Sequence record: PQ471460.1
DNA length: 64,000 nt
Direction: 5' to 3' (one strand)
DNA from: Escherichia phage vB_EcoM_JE01
In this document: piece by piece, positions 1 to 8,152 of the stretch
Numbering within the stretch: position 1 is the stretch's first letter
How the letters are laid out: each line of letters starts with the position of its first letter
Translations under genes and position numbers: made by a program
Notes under the pieces: generated by a model
Told to the model about the DNA's origin: nothing
The model's database searches: none
Seen by the model: only the letters and a program-made list of their open reading frames with translations

Positions 1-372
1 TTCTATAAATGGGCTGAAGCACAAAAAGATATTCATTGCGTATTTGTAGATGAAGCTCAGTTTTTAAAAACTGAACAGGTGCATCAATTAAGCCGAATTG
101 TAGATACATACAATGTTCCTGTTATGGCTTATGGTCTAAGGACTGATTTCGCTGGAAAATTATTTGAAGGTTCTAAAGAACTTTTGGCGATTGCAGATAA
201 ACTTATTGAACTAAAAGCAGTTTGTCATTGTGGTAAAAAAGCTATTATGACAGCTCGATTAATGGAAGATGGAACACCAGTTAAAGAAGGTGATCAAATC
301 TGTATTGGTGATGAAATTTATGTTTCTTTGTGTAGAAAACATTGGAATGAATTAACTAAAAAGCTTGGTTAG
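1..372 (+). CDS. tk: thymidine kinase, C-terminal part (5' end lies outside window)
   Basis: Frame is open from base 1; translation ...[35 protein letters not shown]...CHCGKKA... matches recalled T4 Tk C-terminus. Confidence 0.9.
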   Translation, partial: FYKWAEAQKDIHCVFVDEAQFLKTEQVHQLSRIVDTYNVPVMAYGLRTDFAGKLFEGSKELLAIADKLIELKAVCHCGKKAIMTARLMEDGTPVKEGDQICIGDEIYVSLCRKHWNELTKKLG

Positions 373-381
373 TGCAAAAGT

Positions 382-389
382 TATAAATA
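382..389 (+). promoter_or_regulatory. candidate T4-type late promoter (TATAAATA) upstream of rI.1/rI
   Basis: Exact TATAAATA about 25 nt upstream of the ATG at 415. Confidence 0.45.
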
Positions 390-414
390 GGTTTATCTAA
401 CTAAAGGGGTATAT

Positions 415-627
415 ATGCTACAATTAACTGAAAAGCAACTTCGCAATCTTACTGTTCTTCAATTAGATGAAATTCGTAGGGAAGTTGGAAATATCATTTC
501 AGCTTTGCGTCGAGAAGTATCACTCAACCAATCTCCGGCAGACTATACTAGATTGCGAAATTTTGAAAAATACCTTGATAAAGTTAAGGCCGTGCATCGG
601 CATAAAGTAAATACAGGACAAAAATGA
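415..627 (+). CDS. hypothetical protein (rI.1 position)
   Basis: 70-aa ORF with SD-like AAAGGGG upstream; synteny tk-rI.1-rI. Confidence 0.6.
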
Positions 628-639
628 TAGGAGGCCTTT

Positions 640-933
640 ATGGCCTTAAAAGCAACGGCACTATTTGCCATGCTAGGATTAGCGTTTGCTTTATCTCCAC
701 CGATTGAAGCGAATGTCGATCCTCATTTTGATAAATTTATGGAATCTGGTATTAGACATGTTTATATGCTTTTTGAAAATAAAAGCGTAGAATCATCTGA
801 ACAGTTCTATAGTTTTATGCGAACGACCTATAAAAATGACCCGTGCTCTTCCGATTTTGAATGTATAGAACGAGGCGCGGAGATGGCACAATCATACGCT
901 AGAATTATGAACATTAAATTGGAGACTGAATGA
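640..933 (+). CDS. rI: lysis inhibition regulator RI (signal-anchored periplasmic protein)
   Basis: 97 aa; MALKATALFAMLGLAFALSPPIEANVDPHFDKFMESG... matches recalled T4 RI; SD AGGAGG upstream. Confidence 0.9.
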   Translation: MALKATALFAMLGLAFALSPPIEANVDPHFDKFMESGIRHVYMLFENKSVESSEQFYSFMRTTYKNDPCSSDFECIERGAEMAQSYARIMNIKLETE

Positions 934-1316
934 AATTCAGCGACTTTTCACAAAGTGGAAAACCTTCAAAGGCAGATGAATACTTAGGTTTATTAATGGC
1001 TGCGCAAGCTTATTTTCATTCTGCGCATTTTGAAACTAAAAGTTATGCTAGACACAAAGCATACGATTTTATTTTCTCTGAGTTGCCAGATTTGATTGAC
1101 AAATTTGGTGAGCAGTATTTGGGGTATTCTGGTAGAAAATACACGCCGGCAATTCCGGATGCCAGTAAACTTCCTACTGATACAGTTAAAATGATTGATC
1201 GCATACTAGACCAATCTAACAGCATTTATAAAGAAATGCCTCCAGCCATTCAAAGCACGATAGATGATATTACTGGAATGTTTTACCAGAGTAAGTATCT
1301 TCTTTCCCTCGAATAA
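930..1316 (+). CDS. hypothetical protein (rI.-1 position)
   Basis: 128-aa ORF overlapping rI stop (ATGA). Confidence 0.6.
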   Translation: MKFSDFSQSGKPSKADEYLGLLMAAQAYFHSAHFETKSYARHKAYDFIFSELPDLIDKFGEQYLGYSGRKYTPAIPDASKLPTDTVKMIDRILDQSNSIYKEMPPAIQSTIDDITGMFYQSKYLLSLE

Positions 1317-1320
1317 CATT

Positions 1321-1343
1321 AGTCTCCTTCGGGAGACTTTTTT
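1321..1343 (+). terminator. rho-independent terminator (UUCG hairpin + T-run)
   Basis: agtctcc-ttcg-ggagact followed by TTTTTT. Confidence 0.7.
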
Positions 1344-1353
1344 CATTTTACCG

Positions 1354-1383
1354 GTTTACTTTCCATTTGAGCTGTGATACTAT
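1354..1383 (+). promoter_or_regulatory. T4-type early promoter (GTTTAC -35, 18-nt spacer, TACTAT -10)
   Basis: ccGGTTTACtttcc...gtgaTACTATacaa; same module recurs at 43509. Confidence 0.6.
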
Positions 1384-1411
1384 ACAACCATCGGATAAAG
1401 AGGAGAACATC

Positions 1412-1600
1412 ATGAAAATTGAAGCACTTAATCAAGAAGGAAATATCTACGTCATCATTAATGGTGATTTTTTCGTCGACATGGATGAAGTTACTAGTGA
1501 AGAACTTGTAGAACTTCTTAAGAAACGTTATGATATGTGTGATGAAGCTGCAACTCATATGGCGTGTGCAATATTCTCTCTTTCATATGTGGTGGAATAA
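1412..1600 (+). CDS. hypothetical small protein
   Basis: 62-aa ORF; SD AAGAGGAG before ATG; lies downstream of the early promoter. Confidence 0.45.
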   Translation: MKIEALNQEGNIYVIINGDFFVDMDEVTSEELVELLKKRYDMCDEAATHMACAIFSLSYVVE

Positions 1601-1782
1601 TGATTAGTATCGAACAAGCAGATAAAATTAAAGAATTGGTAGCTTTAATTCGCAAAGCAGATGAGGAACGCATTAACTTTGCCTTATCAGGTATTGAAGA
1701 ATTTGAAGCTAAAGTTGATAATGCTTTAGAAGCTTTAGATATGTTTCTTGATGAAATTATCGATCACAATACGAGAGTTTAG
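1600..1782 (+). CDS. hypothetical small protein
   Basis: 60-aa ORF, ATGA overlap with upstream ORF. Confidence 0.45.
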   Translation: MISIEQADKIKELVALIRKADEERINFALSGIEEFEAKVDNALEALDMFLDEIIDHNTRV

Positions 1783-1783
1783 T

Positions 1784-1978
1784 ATGCTAACACGTGAACA
1801 GTTTGAAAAAATCATTAAATTAGCACGTGATATTGAAATAGATTCATATCAATTGGCAGTTGAGCACTGTGAAGGATATTCATACGACGGTATAGAAGCA
1901 GCTAAAAAGGATTTGGATAAATCCAAAGCTAAGTTAGTTCAATATCTTGAAATGATTAGGTGGAATAATGAAAACTGA
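1784..1978 (+). CDS. hypothetical small protein
   Basis: 64-aa ORF in tandem small-gene run. Confidence 0.45.
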   Translation: MLTREQFEKIIKLARDIEIDSYQLAVEHCEGYSYDGIEAAKKDLDKSKAKLVQYLEMIRWNNEN

Positions 1979-2099
1979 AAAGCAGATGTTTTTAATGAAG
2001 CTAATTGAAGAATATGCTAATGCAGTTTCTGACTATGAGTATTCTGCTCGGGAAAGAGGTACAGCTTTCGCAAAGGAAGAAATGAAAAATTATGGTTGA
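1968..2099 (+). CDS. hypothetical small protein (43 aa)
   Basis: Short ORF overlapping upstream stop; below ORF-track cutoff. Confidence 0.3.
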   Translation: MKTEKQMFLMKLIEEYANAVSDYEYSARERGTAFAKEEMKNYG

Positions 2100-2144
2100 T
2101 GCTCACACAAAACTCCAGAATTTTATTGAAACCGTCATTTAATG

Positions 2145-2174
2145 GTTTACAAGTTGGCAAGGTTATGATATAGT
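2145..2174 (+). promoter_or_regulatory. T4-type early promoter with stem-loop
   Basis: GTTTAC ... TATAGT at 18-nt spacing; imperfect inverted repeat agttggcaag/cttgtcaact around the -10. Confidence 0.5.
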
Positions 2175-2309
2175 AATCTTGTCAACTGTCAAGGAGAAGA
2201 GAATGAAAGTTTTGTTTGTTGTGTATGTGATGATTCAATATAATTACCCAATGTTTACTTATAATCTAGTGAACAACATTATTGATATTATTCAAAGGAG
2301 TATGTAATT

Positions 2310-2867
2310 GTGAGTGAGTCGAAGAGAATCAATATGAAACGATTAGTACTAGAAGTTAGTTCACTTTTTGGTGAATTGGCTATAGAAAAAGTAAATAATA
2401 TGTATCGTTTGACGCAAGAAGACGATATGCTATATTTTACGCCTAGCGAAATTATTCATTTAACCCAAATTGAAAAACCTTACACTGATAAAATTGTAAG
2501 CATCAATGATGAGCATAAAATTCATTTTTATTCTTTATGCCCAGGATTTAACATTGAAAGCGAGTCAATATGCTTATCAATTAATAATTGGGATAATTTT
2601 ATAACTAAAATTAAATATTTTTATTATTCTAATGAAAGAAAACATAGTTTAAAATGGCTTAAAAATTGCAATGCTATTATTACTAACGCTTGTGATCGGA
2701 ATGATGAAACTGTTTTAAATGTATCAAAATGTTATGAAGAGGGAGATGTCTTAACTATTCGTCAAATTGATGATTTTCGATCACATATTGTCACATTTAC
2801 CAAAGACGAAGCTATTGCGCTAAAGACTTATCTTGATTCTGTCATTCCAACTATGATTTCAAAGTGA
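2310..2867 (+). CDS. hypothetical protein, paralog of the next ORF
   Basis: 185-aa ORF (GTG start after AAGGAG); shares GFNIE-E motif and C-terminal ...AIALKTYLDSVIPTMISK with the next ORF (...AEAMIKYLTTVTPSMKG). Confidence 0.6.
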   Translation: MSESKRINMKRLVLEVSSLFGELAIEKVNNMYRLTQEDDMLYFTPSEIIHLTQIEKPYTDKIVSINDEHKIHFYSLCPGFNIESESICLSINNWDNFITKIKYFYYSNERKHSLKWLKNCNAIITNACDRNDETVLNVSKCYEEGDVLTIRQIDDFRSHIVTFTKDEAIALKTYLDSVIPTMISK

Positions 2868-2873
2868 GGAAAT

Positions 2874-3395
2874 ATGTTTATTTCAAGTGAAAGTGGTTTA
2901 ATTCGTGTTGAATTTAAAAATGACATCTTCCTTATTCAAGGAGATGATATTATTAAAATGAGTTATGATGAAATCAAGAAAATTTGTCATGCTCTTGAAA
3001 GTCATGGAAAGGAAAATGCTACTATTAATATAGGTGATTTATGGGTGACACTTTATGAAGTATCCGAAGGATTTAATATTGAAGATGAAAATAACATTTT
3101 AGCTATTGATAAAAGAAGTGATTTGTTTGATGTATTAAAAGTTTATGAACAATCAAACGGTGGAAGAAAAGCCGTATTGATTTATCAAAAACCGCATTCA
3201 TGTGGAACTGCTTCAATCATTTCAAATATTGAAGATGAAACTGATACCTATATGTGTGTTTTGAAAGCTGGTGGTGACCGTCATCCGGATTTTATTTCTA
3301 TTCGTCAAAACAATGGAGAAATTTCATTATCAAAATCAGAAGCTGAAGCTATGATTAAGTATTTAACAACTGTTACACCTTCAATGAAAGGATAA
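2874..3395 (+). CDS. hypothetical protein, paralog of the previous ORF
   Basis: 173-aa ORF; SD GAGGAAA; shared motifs with 2310-2867. Confidence 0.6.
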   Translation: MFISSESGLIRVEFKNDIFLIQGDDIIKMSYDEIKKICHALESHGKENATINIGDLWVTLYEVSEGFNIEDENNILAIDKRSDLFDVLKVYEQSNGGRKAVLIYQKPHSCGTASIISNIEDETDTYMCVLKAGGDRHPDFISIRQNNGEISLSKSEAEAMIKYLTTVTPSMKG

Positions 3396-3397
3396 TT

Positions 3398-3859
3398 ATG
3401 ATTATTAATGAAAACTCTTGGCATTATAAATTATTCAAAATGTTTAATGATGAATGGAAACGGCCTAAGACACTATGCGCGTATTTTTGGTCTATTGTTA
3501 TTCCTACATTTTTCGTTTCTTTTTTCGGATGTACTATACTCGCAGGTCTAACTATCATCTGTGCAGAAATCATACAGAAATGGCTTATTTTTGGTAGTTT
3601 ATGGACTCTTATTCCATCAGCATTTGTACTTGCCATTTTGCTTGTTTTACTTATTATTGGTTCATTTGTTATTCCTGCACAACTGCATGAAAAATATAAA
3701 GATTATAAATGGAAAAAGGATTATGCTTTACATGTAGAAAATATTGATAGGGCGTATAAAGGTTTACCTCCTATTCAACCCAAGAAGTCTATTATCGTCG
3801 AATTTTTAAAAGCTCGTAAAGCTAAAGTATGTCCTGTTATTGAATATAAGGCTGAATGA
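3398..3859 (+). CDS. predicted integral membrane protein
   Basis: 153 aa with at least three long hydrophobic segments. Confidence 0.6.
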   Translation: MIINENSWHYKLFKMFNDEWKRPKTLCAYFWSIVIPTFFVSFFGCTILAGLTIICAEIIQKWLIFGSLWTLIPSAFVLAILLVLLIIGSFVIPAQLHEKYKDYKWKKDYALHVENIDRAYKGLPPIQPKKSIIVEFLKARKAKVCPVIEYKAE

Positions 3860-4845
3860 TGAAAACAGTAATGAAAAGCTATTTTGGTAGTCATCTTTAT
3901 GGAACTTCTACTCCAGAATCTGATGTAGATTTTAAAGAAATCTTTGTTCCTCCTGCTCGCGATATTCTTATCGGAAATGTTAAAGAGCATATGAGTAAAA
4001 ACACTAAAGATGATATTGACCATGAACTATACAGTCTTAAGTATTTCTTTAAATTAGCAGCAGACGGTGAAACTGTAGCATTGGATATGCTTCACACTCC
4101 ACCTGAACTAGTAGTTAAATCTGATTTGCCTGATGTATGGAAGTTTATTCAAGACAATCGTTCACGGTTTTATACGACTAACATGAAATCCTATTTAGGA
4201 TATGTCCGCAAGCAAGCTTCTAAATATGGTGTTAAGGGTTCTCGTTTGGCCGCATTGCGTGATGTATTGAAAGTAGTTAATCAAATCCCCGATCAGTGGG
4301 TTGATTACCGAGAAGATGGAACACAAGGACAACGTCGTACTAAAATTGCAGATATTAAACACCGTCTTCCAGAGAACGAGTTCTGTGAATGGGTATTCCA
4401 TAACCACGAGAAAACAGGTCCTCAAACGTTCTATACTGTTCTTGGACGTAAGTACCAAACCACCTTGTCTTTAATCGAGCTCAAGCAATCTCTGAATAAG
4501 CTCGATGCGGAATATGGTGAACGTGCTCGTAAGGCTGAAGCTAATGAAGGTATTGACTGGAAAGCTCTGAGTCATGCTTATCGCGCAGGGTATCAATTGA
4601 TGGAAATCTACCAAACAGGTGATTTGGCGTTCCCATTGCGCGAAGCCTCTATCATTAAGCTGATTAAAGCCGGTGAATTACCATTTAAAGAAGTTCAAGA
4701 ACTTCTTGAAGATACTGTTGATTTGGTTGAAGTCCTAGCCATCCAGGCAGCTAAGAACGGTATGCCTGATAAGGTAGACATGAAGTTCTGGGACAAGTTC
4801 GTTGAAGAGGTATATCTTGAAAACCACCGAAGTTATTATAAATGA
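3856..4845 (+). CDS. predicted nucleotidyltransferase (Pol-beta superfamily fold)
   Basis: 329 aa; N-terminal GS-x10-DVD (YFGSHLYGTSTPESDVDFKEIF) typical of Pol-beta-type NTases, with a further acidic residue about 50 aa downstream (VALDMLH). Confidence 0.65.
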   Translation: MMKTVMKSYFGSHLYGTSTPESDVDFKEIFVPPARDILIGNVKEHMSKNTKDDIDHELYSLKYFFKLAADGETVALDMLHTPPELVVKSDLPDVWKFIQDNRSRFYTTNMKSYLGYVRKQASKYGVKGSRLAALRDVLKVVNQIPDQWVDYREDGTQGQRRTKIADIKHRLPENEFCEWVFHNHEKTGPQTFYTVLGRKYQTTLSLIELKQSLNKLDAEYGERARKAEANEGIDWKALSHAYRAGYQLMEIYQTGDLAFPLREASIIKLIKAGELPFKEVQELLEDTVDLVEVLAIQAAKNGMPDKVDMKFWDKFVEEVYLENHRSYYK

Positions 4846-4847
4846 TA

Positions 4848-4872
4848 GGGAGCCTTCGGGCTCCCTTTTTTG
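4848..4872 (+). terminator. rho-independent terminator (UUCG hairpin + T-run)
   Basis: gggagcc-ttcg-ggctccc TTTTTTG. Confidence 0.7.
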
Positions 4873-4894
4873 TTTAAAATGACGTCACAAAGTT

Positions 4895-4924
4895 GTTTAC
4901 AAGCATAAAGCTTTATGGTACTAT
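4895..4924 (+). promoter_or_regulatory. T4-type early promoter
   Basis: GTTTAC, 18 nt, TGGTACTAT; followed by conserved leader CAACTATCAACT. Confidence 0.6.
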
Positions 4925-4959
4925 ACAACTATCAACTGATGTGGATTTGGGGGAATAAA

Positions 4960-5109
4960 ATGAAAACTACGTTAATTGAAGTAAAAAAGTTGATTGACAC
5001 AGAAGAGATTTCAGCTTGTTTTGAAAATTTCTTAGAAGATGCAACTGAAGATAACGCAGTTTATCTCGCTCAGAAAATTATAGAAACATATTTGGAGCAG
5101 AATCAATGA
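4960..5109 (+). CDS. hypothetical small protein
   Basis: 49-aa ORF downstream of the promoter. Confidence 0.4.
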   Translation: MKTTLIEVKKLIDTEEISACFENFLEDATEDNAVYLAQKIIETYLEQNQ

Positions 5110-5369
5110 CAGTTTACGTAGATGTTTTAATGAATCATGGATGGAAACTTCGCGGTCATCCAACTAAAAATTGTCATATGTTCACTGATGGAGATATTGA
5201 AGAGCTTCATGAAATGGCAGAAGCAATAGGAATGAAACGCTCTTGGTTTCAAGATAAACGCATTAAACATTATGACTTACACGCGCGCCGCCGCCAAAAA
5301 GCCGTAGAACTTGGAGCTGTAGAAGTATCTCGTCGCGAAGCAGTAAAAATTTGGCGAACATTAAAATAA
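5106..5369 (+). CDS. hypothetical protein
   Basis: 87-aa basic ORF (ATGA overlap); no confident family assignment. Confidence 0.55.
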   Translation: MTVYVDVLMNHGWKLRGHPTKNCHMFTDGDIEELHEMAEAIGMKRSWFQDKRIKHYDLHARRRQKAVELGAVEVSRREAVKIWRTLK

Positions 5370-5372
5370 ATT

Positions 5373-5402
5373 GTTTACAGTAGGGTAGTAGTGTGATACT
5401 AT
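5373..5402 (+). promoter_or_regulatory. T4-type early promoter with stem-loop
   Basis: GTTTAC ... TGATACTAT; inverted repeat tagggta/taccct flanks the -10. Confidence 0.55.
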
Positions 5403-5438
5403 TACCCTATCAAAACAAATGTTAAATTGGAGAATAAA

Positions 5439-6407
5439 ATGAAAACTGTAACTATCAATAAGGGTATCTACTTCGGTAAAGAAATCTCTGGAACTTTTGA
5501 GCTCTTAGGCGAATGGTTCCCAGATAATGCTCCGGTAGATGCACAGGGAGATGGTAAAGTTTTTGTTGAAATTGACGGTAAACGTCGCGGTGTTTGGGTT
5601 TACAAATCAGATATTTCATATGATGGTGTAAAAGTTGAAGAAGTTAAAGAATCATATGAAGATATGAAAACCCGCATTAATAAAAGATTTAATGTTATGG
5701 GAATGATGACGAATGGTATTATTAATGGAAATATTCGTTCATTGATTATCTCTGGCGCAGCAGGTATTGGTAAAACGTATTCTTTAGATAAAGCTTTAAA
5801 TAAAGCAAATGATAATGGATACATTGAATATAAAAGCATTAACGGTAAAATCTCTGGTATTGGTCTTTATGAGCAGCTTTGGAATAATCGTGAAGAGAAT
5901 TCTGTCCTTTTGATTGATGATGTGGATGTTTTCTCTGATATGGACATTCTTAATCTTCTAAAAGCTGCTCTGGACACTGGAGAGACCCGTAAAGTCTGCT
6001 GGAGTACTGCGTCTTCTTACTTAGAAGAAAAAGGCATTGAGCGTGAGTTTGAATTTAAAGGAACGATTGTTTTTATCACAAACGTTGATATTGACCGCGA
6101 ATTAGACCGTGGTACTAAACTTGCTCCACACCTACAAGCATTAGTGTCCCGCTCAGTTTATTTAGATTTGGGTGTTCATACTAATGAAGAAATTATGGTC
6201 AGGGTTGAAGATGTTATTCTTTCAACTGACATGATGCAAAAGCGCGGTCTTTCTGATGAAGAAACTTATAAAGCATTATCATGGATGAAAGTTAATGTTA
6301 ATCGTTTACGCAATGTTTCACTGCGTACTGCTCTTTATCTTGCTGACTTTATTATGACCGACAAAAACGGTTGGGAAGAAATTGCTGAAACGGTATTATT
6401 AAAATGA
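5439..6407 (+). CDS. predicted P-loop NTPase (AAA-like ATPase)
   Basis: 322 aa; Walker A GAAGIGKT and Walker B LLIDDVD; SD GGAG before ATG. Confidence 0.65.
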   Translation: MKTVTINKGIYFGKEISGTFELLGEWFPDNAPVDAQGDGKVFVEIDGKRRGVWVYKSDISYDGVKVEEVKESYEDMKTRINKRFNVMGMMTNGIINGNIRSLIISGAAGIGKTYSLDKALNKANDNGYIEYKSINGKISGIGLYEQLWNNREENSVLLIDDVDVFSDMDILNLLKAALDTGETRKVCWSTASSYLEEKGIEREFEFKGTIVFITNVDIDRELDRGTKLAPHLQALVSRSVYLDLGVHTNEEIMVRVEDVILSTDMMQKRGLSDEETYKALSWMKVNVNRLRNVSLRTALYLADFIMTDKNGWEEIAETVLLK

Positions 6408-7123
6408 AAAAATATTTTACTATCTATAAAACTGAAATATTAAATTTAAAGACAGGTATTAAGAAATACTATTATGGTCGACATATAACTAATAACATCA
6501 ATGATTCGTATGTTGGTAGTGGAAATTATATAGAACGTGTAAAAGTGTCAAATGACCACATATTATCAAAAACGGTTTTAGAAGTTTTTGATAATTATGA
6601 TAAAATGGTACAAGCTGAAATATTATATATCATGGCAGGTAAATTGAAATATGGAAAAAACTGTGTTAACCTGTCATACGGGGGTGAAGGAGGAAAGGTT
6701 GCAGATGAAACTAGGATAAAATGCAAAAAGCATTCTATAAATTTATGGAAAAATCCTAATCATATACAGCATATGAAGAAAAAGATGAAAGAGGTTACAT
6801 CCACGCCGGAAGCTAAATTAAACACTTCAATAAAAACTTCGCAACGATATAAGGACCCAGTTTTTGTTAGAAAAGTTAGTAATATTATTAAAAAGAAACT
6901 AAGCAATCCTGCAGTAAAAGAAAAGCATATTAATGGAATTAAAGCTGCAAAGCGTTCTCATTTAACTATATGGCAGTATGAAGATGAATTATTCGAGCTT
7001 TGGAAAGAAACTAAATATGGATGGAGAAAATTTACAAAGGAAGCTATAAAACACGGATATCCAAATGAACCGTATCGTAGTATGGTATCAACTTTTCAGA
7101 AAAGACATTTAGAAGAATCCTAA
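6404..7123 (+). CDS. putative Seg-like (degenerate GIY-YIG) homing endonuclease
   Basis: 239 aa, lysine-rich and AT-rich; N-terminus FTIYKTEILNLKTGIKKYYYGRH resembles GIY-(10-11)-YIG; C-terminal basic repeats typical of DNA-binding modules. Confidence 0.5.
   Translation: MKKYFTIYKTEILNLKTGIKKYYYGRHITNNINDSYVGSGNYIERVKVSNDHILSKTVLEVFDNYDKMVQAEILYIMAGKLKYGKNCVNLSYGGEGGKVADETRIKCKKHSINLWKNPNHIQHMKKKMKEVTSTPEAKLNTSIKTSQRYKDPVFVRKVSNIIKKKLSNPAVKEKHINGIKAAKRSHLTIWQYEDELFELWKETKYGWRKFTKEAIKHGYPNEPYRSMVSTFQKRHLEES
6404..7123 (+). mobile_element. putative free-standing homing endonuclease gene
   Basis: Same ORF as above; compositionally distinct from neighbours. Confidence 0.4.
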
Positions 7124-7206
7124 GACAAAAAAGGCAGTTCAGAAATAGATTATATGGACTGCCATTAAAAAGATGACTAGAACTAAACTGGTGAATGGAG
7201 GTAGTG

Positions 7207-7509
7207 ATGTTATACTCAAAGGCTCGTGAAATTTACGAAACTAAAATTAAAGAAGCTGTATTTCAGTTCGCAACAACGATGCGATGGACAAATGATTGGG
7301 AGTATTCAAAAAATCATAAGAAGCCCCTGGTGACAAGAAAGGCTCATATGTTAGTGTTAATAGACCGTGAGCAGATTAAAGCCCGAGAAGCCCTCCAGAA
7401 TCATAAAAAGGCTGCCTTTGAATGGTTTATGGATAACACTGCTCCTGAGACTAAGAAAGTGGTAAGTGCTTGGTTCAGTGGAAAAAATTGTGAAAGAAGT
7501 TTCTTTTAG
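7207..7509 (+). CDS. hypothetical protein
   Basis: 100-aa ORF with SD GGAGG upstream. Confidence 0.5.
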   Translation: MLYSKAREIYETKIKEAVFQFATTMRWTNDWEYSKNHKKPLVTRKAHMLVLIDREQIKAREALQNHKKAAFEWFMDNTAPETKKVVSAWFSGKNCERSFF

Positions 7510-7511
7510 TG

Positions 7512-7564
7512 GTTTACAAGACTGTTCCTCTGTGGTACTATACAACTATCAACTACGGAGGAAC
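7512..7564 (+). promoter_or_regulatory. early promoter inside a stem-loop (PeSL-type cassette)
   Basis: GTTTAC, 18 nt, TGGTACTAT; stem gttcctctg/cggaggaac encloses the -10 and forms the SD; near-identical copy at 60741-60793. Confidence 0.6.
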
Positions 7565-7569
7565 AGAAA

Positions 7570-8097
7570 ATGAACGCTAAAGATATTTTCAACTTAGTAA
7601 ATTATAACGATGGTAAATTTAAATCTGAAGCACAAAGCAAGTTCTTTAACGACATCTCAATCGGAGGTGAAATCACTGTTGATGGAGGACAAATTTACAA
7701 ATCACGTTGGAATTGGATCGTTATTATTGATGAGATTGGTATTGTAGAAATTTACAAGAATACGAATAAAAATCGTACATTACACTGGTCTCGTGATACT
7801 AACGAACAGTACAAAAAGGATAAAGCATCTAAAATGTCTCGTGTAACTCAAGAAGATATTGAGTTCATCAAGAAAGATATTTTAATGTATGATAACTTAA
7901 TTGCTGAAGAGCAAGCTGTTATTGATAAATTTGACGAGATTAAAGCTTCTCGTGAAATTCCTGATTTTATGAAAGAATCAGTAAATGAACGATACTCTCT
8001 CATTTCAGAGCGTATTGAAACTTACAAAAAGCAAAGAGCTGAACGCCAAAATACTCTTCGGAAGTTTGAAGAACGGTTAAAGACGGTACTCGCATAA
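7570..8097 (+). CDS. hypothetical protein with coiled-coil C-terminus
   Basis: 175-aa ORF immediately after the cassette. Confidence 0.6.
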   Translation: MNAKDIFNLVNYNDGKFKSEAQSKFFNDISIGGEITVDGGQIYKSRWNWIVIIDEIGIVEIYKNTNKNRTLHWSRDTNEQYKKDKASKMSRVTQEDIEFIKKDILMYDNLIAEEQAVIDKFDEIKASREIPDFMKESVNERYSLISERIETYKKQRAERQNTLRKFEERLKTVLA

Positions 8098-8099
8098 CC

Positions 8100-8123
8100 G
8101 CTTTATACCAAGGATGGTATAAT
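8100..8123 (+). promoter_or_regulatory. candidate middle-type promoter (weak MotA box + TATAAT)
   Basis: GCTTTA, 12 nt, TGGTATAAT. Confidence 0.4.
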
Positions 8124-8152
8124 GGTTCTAAGCCCTTTTAATTGAGATTATT

